NCBI GenBank assembly: GCA_016793535.1
Contig: JAEUHA010000411.1
Location: 1 to 56,370, forward strand
Source: Opitutaceae bacterium
GTDB lineage: Bacteria; Verrucomicrobiota; Verrucomicrobiia; Opitutales; Opitutaceae
DNA: 56,370 bases
Direction of reading: 5' to 3'
The position numbers and the translations under genes were made by a program. Below are positions 54,155 through 56,370 of the stretch, piece by piece (position 1 is the stretch's first letter; every line of letters begins with the position of its first letter). The notes beneath the pieces are model-generated. The model did not search any database. It had not been told where the DNA came from and was given only the letters and a program-made list of their open reading frames with translations.

Positions 54155-54231
54155 CGGAGATCGGTGCTTGAAAGCAGGAGATCGAGACGGAGGTGCGACC
54201 AACGAGGGTGCGTCAGAGTCCTGATCGGCTT

Positions 54232-56370
54232 TCAGAACTCGAACTTCAACCCGCCGGCGGCGCTCCAGCCCGGCTTCTCGTGCTCGGCGGGGCGGTCGGA
54301 GCGGCCGAAGAAGATGCGACGCGTGACCTGATCGGTGAGATTTTTTCCCTCCAGATAGAGTTGGAGGCCCTTGCGGAAGGTGTAGCTCACGGAGGCATCG
54401 ACCGTCTTGATGTCGTCGAACCACTCGTCGTTGAGCTGGTCGGCGCCGAGCGTGCGAATGTAGTCGCCGTTGAAGTTGAAGGCCTGGCGCGGGCTGATGG
54501 GGACCCGCTCGTAGAAGATCTGGAGATTCGAGACGGACTCTACCTGGTCGGGCAGGCGGTTGAGCTTGCCGCGACCGGGGACGGTGGCCTTGCCGTCGAC
54601 CAGCGTGTAATTTGCCTGCACGCCGAGGCCGCTGAACGGCGCGGGGAGCTGGCGGAAAGTCTGCGTCCAGCCAACCTCGAGGCCTCGGAGCTCACCGGAG
54701 GGCCCGTTTTCGGGGCGGGTGAGGCGCCAGCCATTGTAGGTGCCGCCGGAGATCACCGTGTTGGAGGTGTAGGAGAAGTTGGAAATGTCCTTCACGAACG
54801 CGCCGACGGTGAAGCTGCCGGCGGACTTGAGATACCACTCGAAGGACAGATCGAAATTCGTCGAGAGCAGCGGCTTCAGCGCAGGATTGCCCTCGGTGAT
54901 GCGGTCCACGTCGTCGTTGACGGAGCGGCGCGGATTGAGGTCGCCGTAGTCGGGGCGGGCGATGGAACGCGTAACGGCGGCGCGGAGGAGCGTGCGATCG
55001 TTGAAGCGCCATGTGCCCACGAGCGCGGGGAAAAAGTGGCCGTAGTCGCTGGACGCATTGACGCGGGTGGCGCCGAGGTAGGTGCCGGTCGGGCCGAACG
55101 AGAGCACGTTGGCGCCGTAATCAAGCTTGGTCTGCTCGTAGCGGCCGCCGGCAACGAGCCGCAGCCTGCCGATCGAGGTTGTGGCCATCGCATAGGCGGA
55201 AGTGATGTCCTCGTTGGCAACGTAGGTGCTCGGCAGATTGTCCGTGATGGCTGCGGCCTGGTTGAGCGCGAAAATTCCGGAGTCCGCGTAGAAGCGGTTG
55301 CGCAACGCGACCATCTCGGAGGAGGGGCCGATCTGGTAGCGGCCGTCGAAGATCGGGATGACGATCCTGGGATCGAGAAAGTCGCTCAGGTAGAGCTCGA
55401 CCGGATTGGGGCGGGTGTAGGTGAAGCTTTGCGGGCGCACGTCCTTTTCCTTGGCGACGTGCTTGAGGCCGAATTTCCAGGAGCCGGGGTGGCCGCCGAA
55501 AGTGACGGGGATCGTGAGGTTGGTCTGGAAGTTCACGTCCTCCTCGGCGTTGTCGTCGTCGCGGACATTGTAGGCCCCGCGGCCATTGCCGATCTCCTGG
55601 CGCGCATAATTGACGATGTGGCCGAGCGGGTCGCGGAGAGTCGGGAAATTGAAGTCGGACCGGTCGTAGGTGAAGTCGGGCACGCCATTGTTGGCGAGGT
55701 AGTCGGTGATGCGGTATTCGATCTGCGCCTCGGTGCGGCGAACTTTGAACGCGGTCCACGCATAGCCGGCGGAGTAATCGAGCTTGTAGCCGGGTTTCTC
55801 CCACCCGCCGCCGGCAGCGAAACTCAGCATCTCGGTCTGCTTCTTGCCGGAGCGGTCGCGACGGAGGACGCGGCCGCCGTCTATGTTGCCGATGGTGTTG
55901 TTGGTGCCGGGCAGGATCGTGCCACCATTGGCGAGGCGGATGATCAGGCGGCGACGCTGCTCCCGGTCCTCAAAGACGTTCGAAAAGCCACGCACCCAGT
56001 GGCGGGAATCGGCGCCGGTCTTGAAATCAAGCTGGGCGTTGAAACCCTTGCGCACGCGGTCGAGGTGGCGGAAGCGGAGGTCGAGCTCGTTGAGAATGCT
56101 ATCGTACACGATACCTCCGACCGTGGTGGGCGCGGCATAGGTGGCATTGATGCCCTCGATGCCGCGATTGTTGAACTGAAACGCGCCGGAGAGAAGCACG
56201 CCGACTTTCCCGCCGGAGAAGTGGTCGCCGTAGGTGAAGTTGGCGGAATACTGCTCCTTTTTGGTCAGGTCGTTGTAGCCGAGCTCAGCCTTGCCGGAGA
56301 GCACGCGGCGGCGAAAATCGAGCGAGCTCTTGGTCACAAGATTGACGGAGCCGCCGAGCGAGTCGGCGTC
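54232..56370 (-). CDS. TonB-dependent receptor (C-terminal part; start lies beyond the right edge)
   Basis: The frame is open to the window edge (DADSLGGSVNLVTKSS...). GNPALKPLLSTNFDLSFEWY and C-terminal GLKFEF; paralog of 48628-51552. Confidence 0.92.
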   Translation of the reverse strand, partial: DADSLGGSVNLVTKSSLDFRRRVLSGKAELGYNDLTKKEQYSANFTYGDHFSGGKVGVLLSGAFQFNNRGIEGINATYAAPTTVGGIVYDSILNELDLRFRHLDRVRKGFNAQLDFKTGADSRHWVRGFSNVFEDREQRRRLIIRLANGGTILPGTNNTIGNIDGGRVLRRDRSGKKQTEMLSFAAGGGWEKPGYKLDYSAGYAWTAFKVRRTEAQIEYRITDYLANNGVPDFTYDRSDFNFPTLRDPLGHIVNYARQEIGNGRGAYNVRDDDNAEEDVNFQTNLTIPVTFGGHPGSWKFGLKHVAKEKDVRPQSFTYTRPNPVELYLSDFLDPRIVIPIFDGRYQIGPSSEMVALRNRFYADSGIFALNQAAAITDNLPSTYVANEDITSAYAMATTSIGRLRLVAGGRYEQTKLDYGANVLSFGPTGTYLGATRVNASSDYGHFFPALVGTWRFNDRTLLRAAVTRSIARPDYGDLNPRRSVNDDVDRITEGNPALKPLLSTNFDLSFEWYLKSAGSFTVGAFVKDISNFSYTSNTVISGGTYNGWRLTRPENGPSGELRGLEVGWTQTFRQLPAPFSGLGVQANYTLVDGKATVPGRGKLNRLPDQVESVSNLQIFYERVPISPRQAFNFNGDYIRTLGADQLNDEWFDDIKTVDASVSYTFRKGLQLYLEGKNLTDQVTRRIFFGRSDRPAEHEKPGWSAAGGLKFEF

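Noticed and set aside
54480-54512. Atypical barrel strand ERVPISPRQAF in the right-hand TBDR
   Set aside because: The frame stays open. The odd residues could be a few substitutions or base-calling errors, which cannot be judged without reads.

Overview
High-GC (roughly 68% by spot counts) chromosomal segment, most likely from an Opitutaceae/Verrucomicrobiota bacterium. This assignment rests on an Opitutae-style TonB-dependent receptor, PVC-type heme-binding dehydrogenases, a short ATP synthase delta subunit and a Verrucomicrobia-type LexA box at recA. Almost all genes lie on the minus strand. From left to right the window holds a partial TBDR, nagB, a feoA-feoA-feoB iron cluster, the complete atpBEFHAGDC operon, trmB-mnmG-mnmE, a MacAB-like ABC/MFP exporter, a Sel1 protein, recA, an ArsB/NhaD-type transporter and a UDP-glucuronate epimerase-like gene. 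It continues with two PVC-type CxxCH dehydrogenases flanking an FAH-family gene, an orphan OppA, a TrmH methylase, a GT-C-like membrane protein and a two-subunit RND exporter. It ends in a PUL-like catabolic locus (TBDR, two Tat-exported enolase-superfamily enzymes, TBDR, large secreted unknown protein). The most notable observations are five. (i) A perfect parS palindrome is hidden in a loop insertion of mnmG, inside a ~4 kb dip in GC and codon bias across core genes. (ii) The PUL-like locus has periplasmic MR/MLE enzymes and no recognisable CAZyme. (iii) A GTAG-type REPIN is inserted in frame into trmH. (iv) A ~171-bp heptamer-armed element with a conserved structured core is present twice. 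(v) One RND subunit carries a large extra hydrophobic insertion. No CRISPR array, tRNA, rRNA or transposase was seen. All calls come from reading the sequence; no database searches were run.
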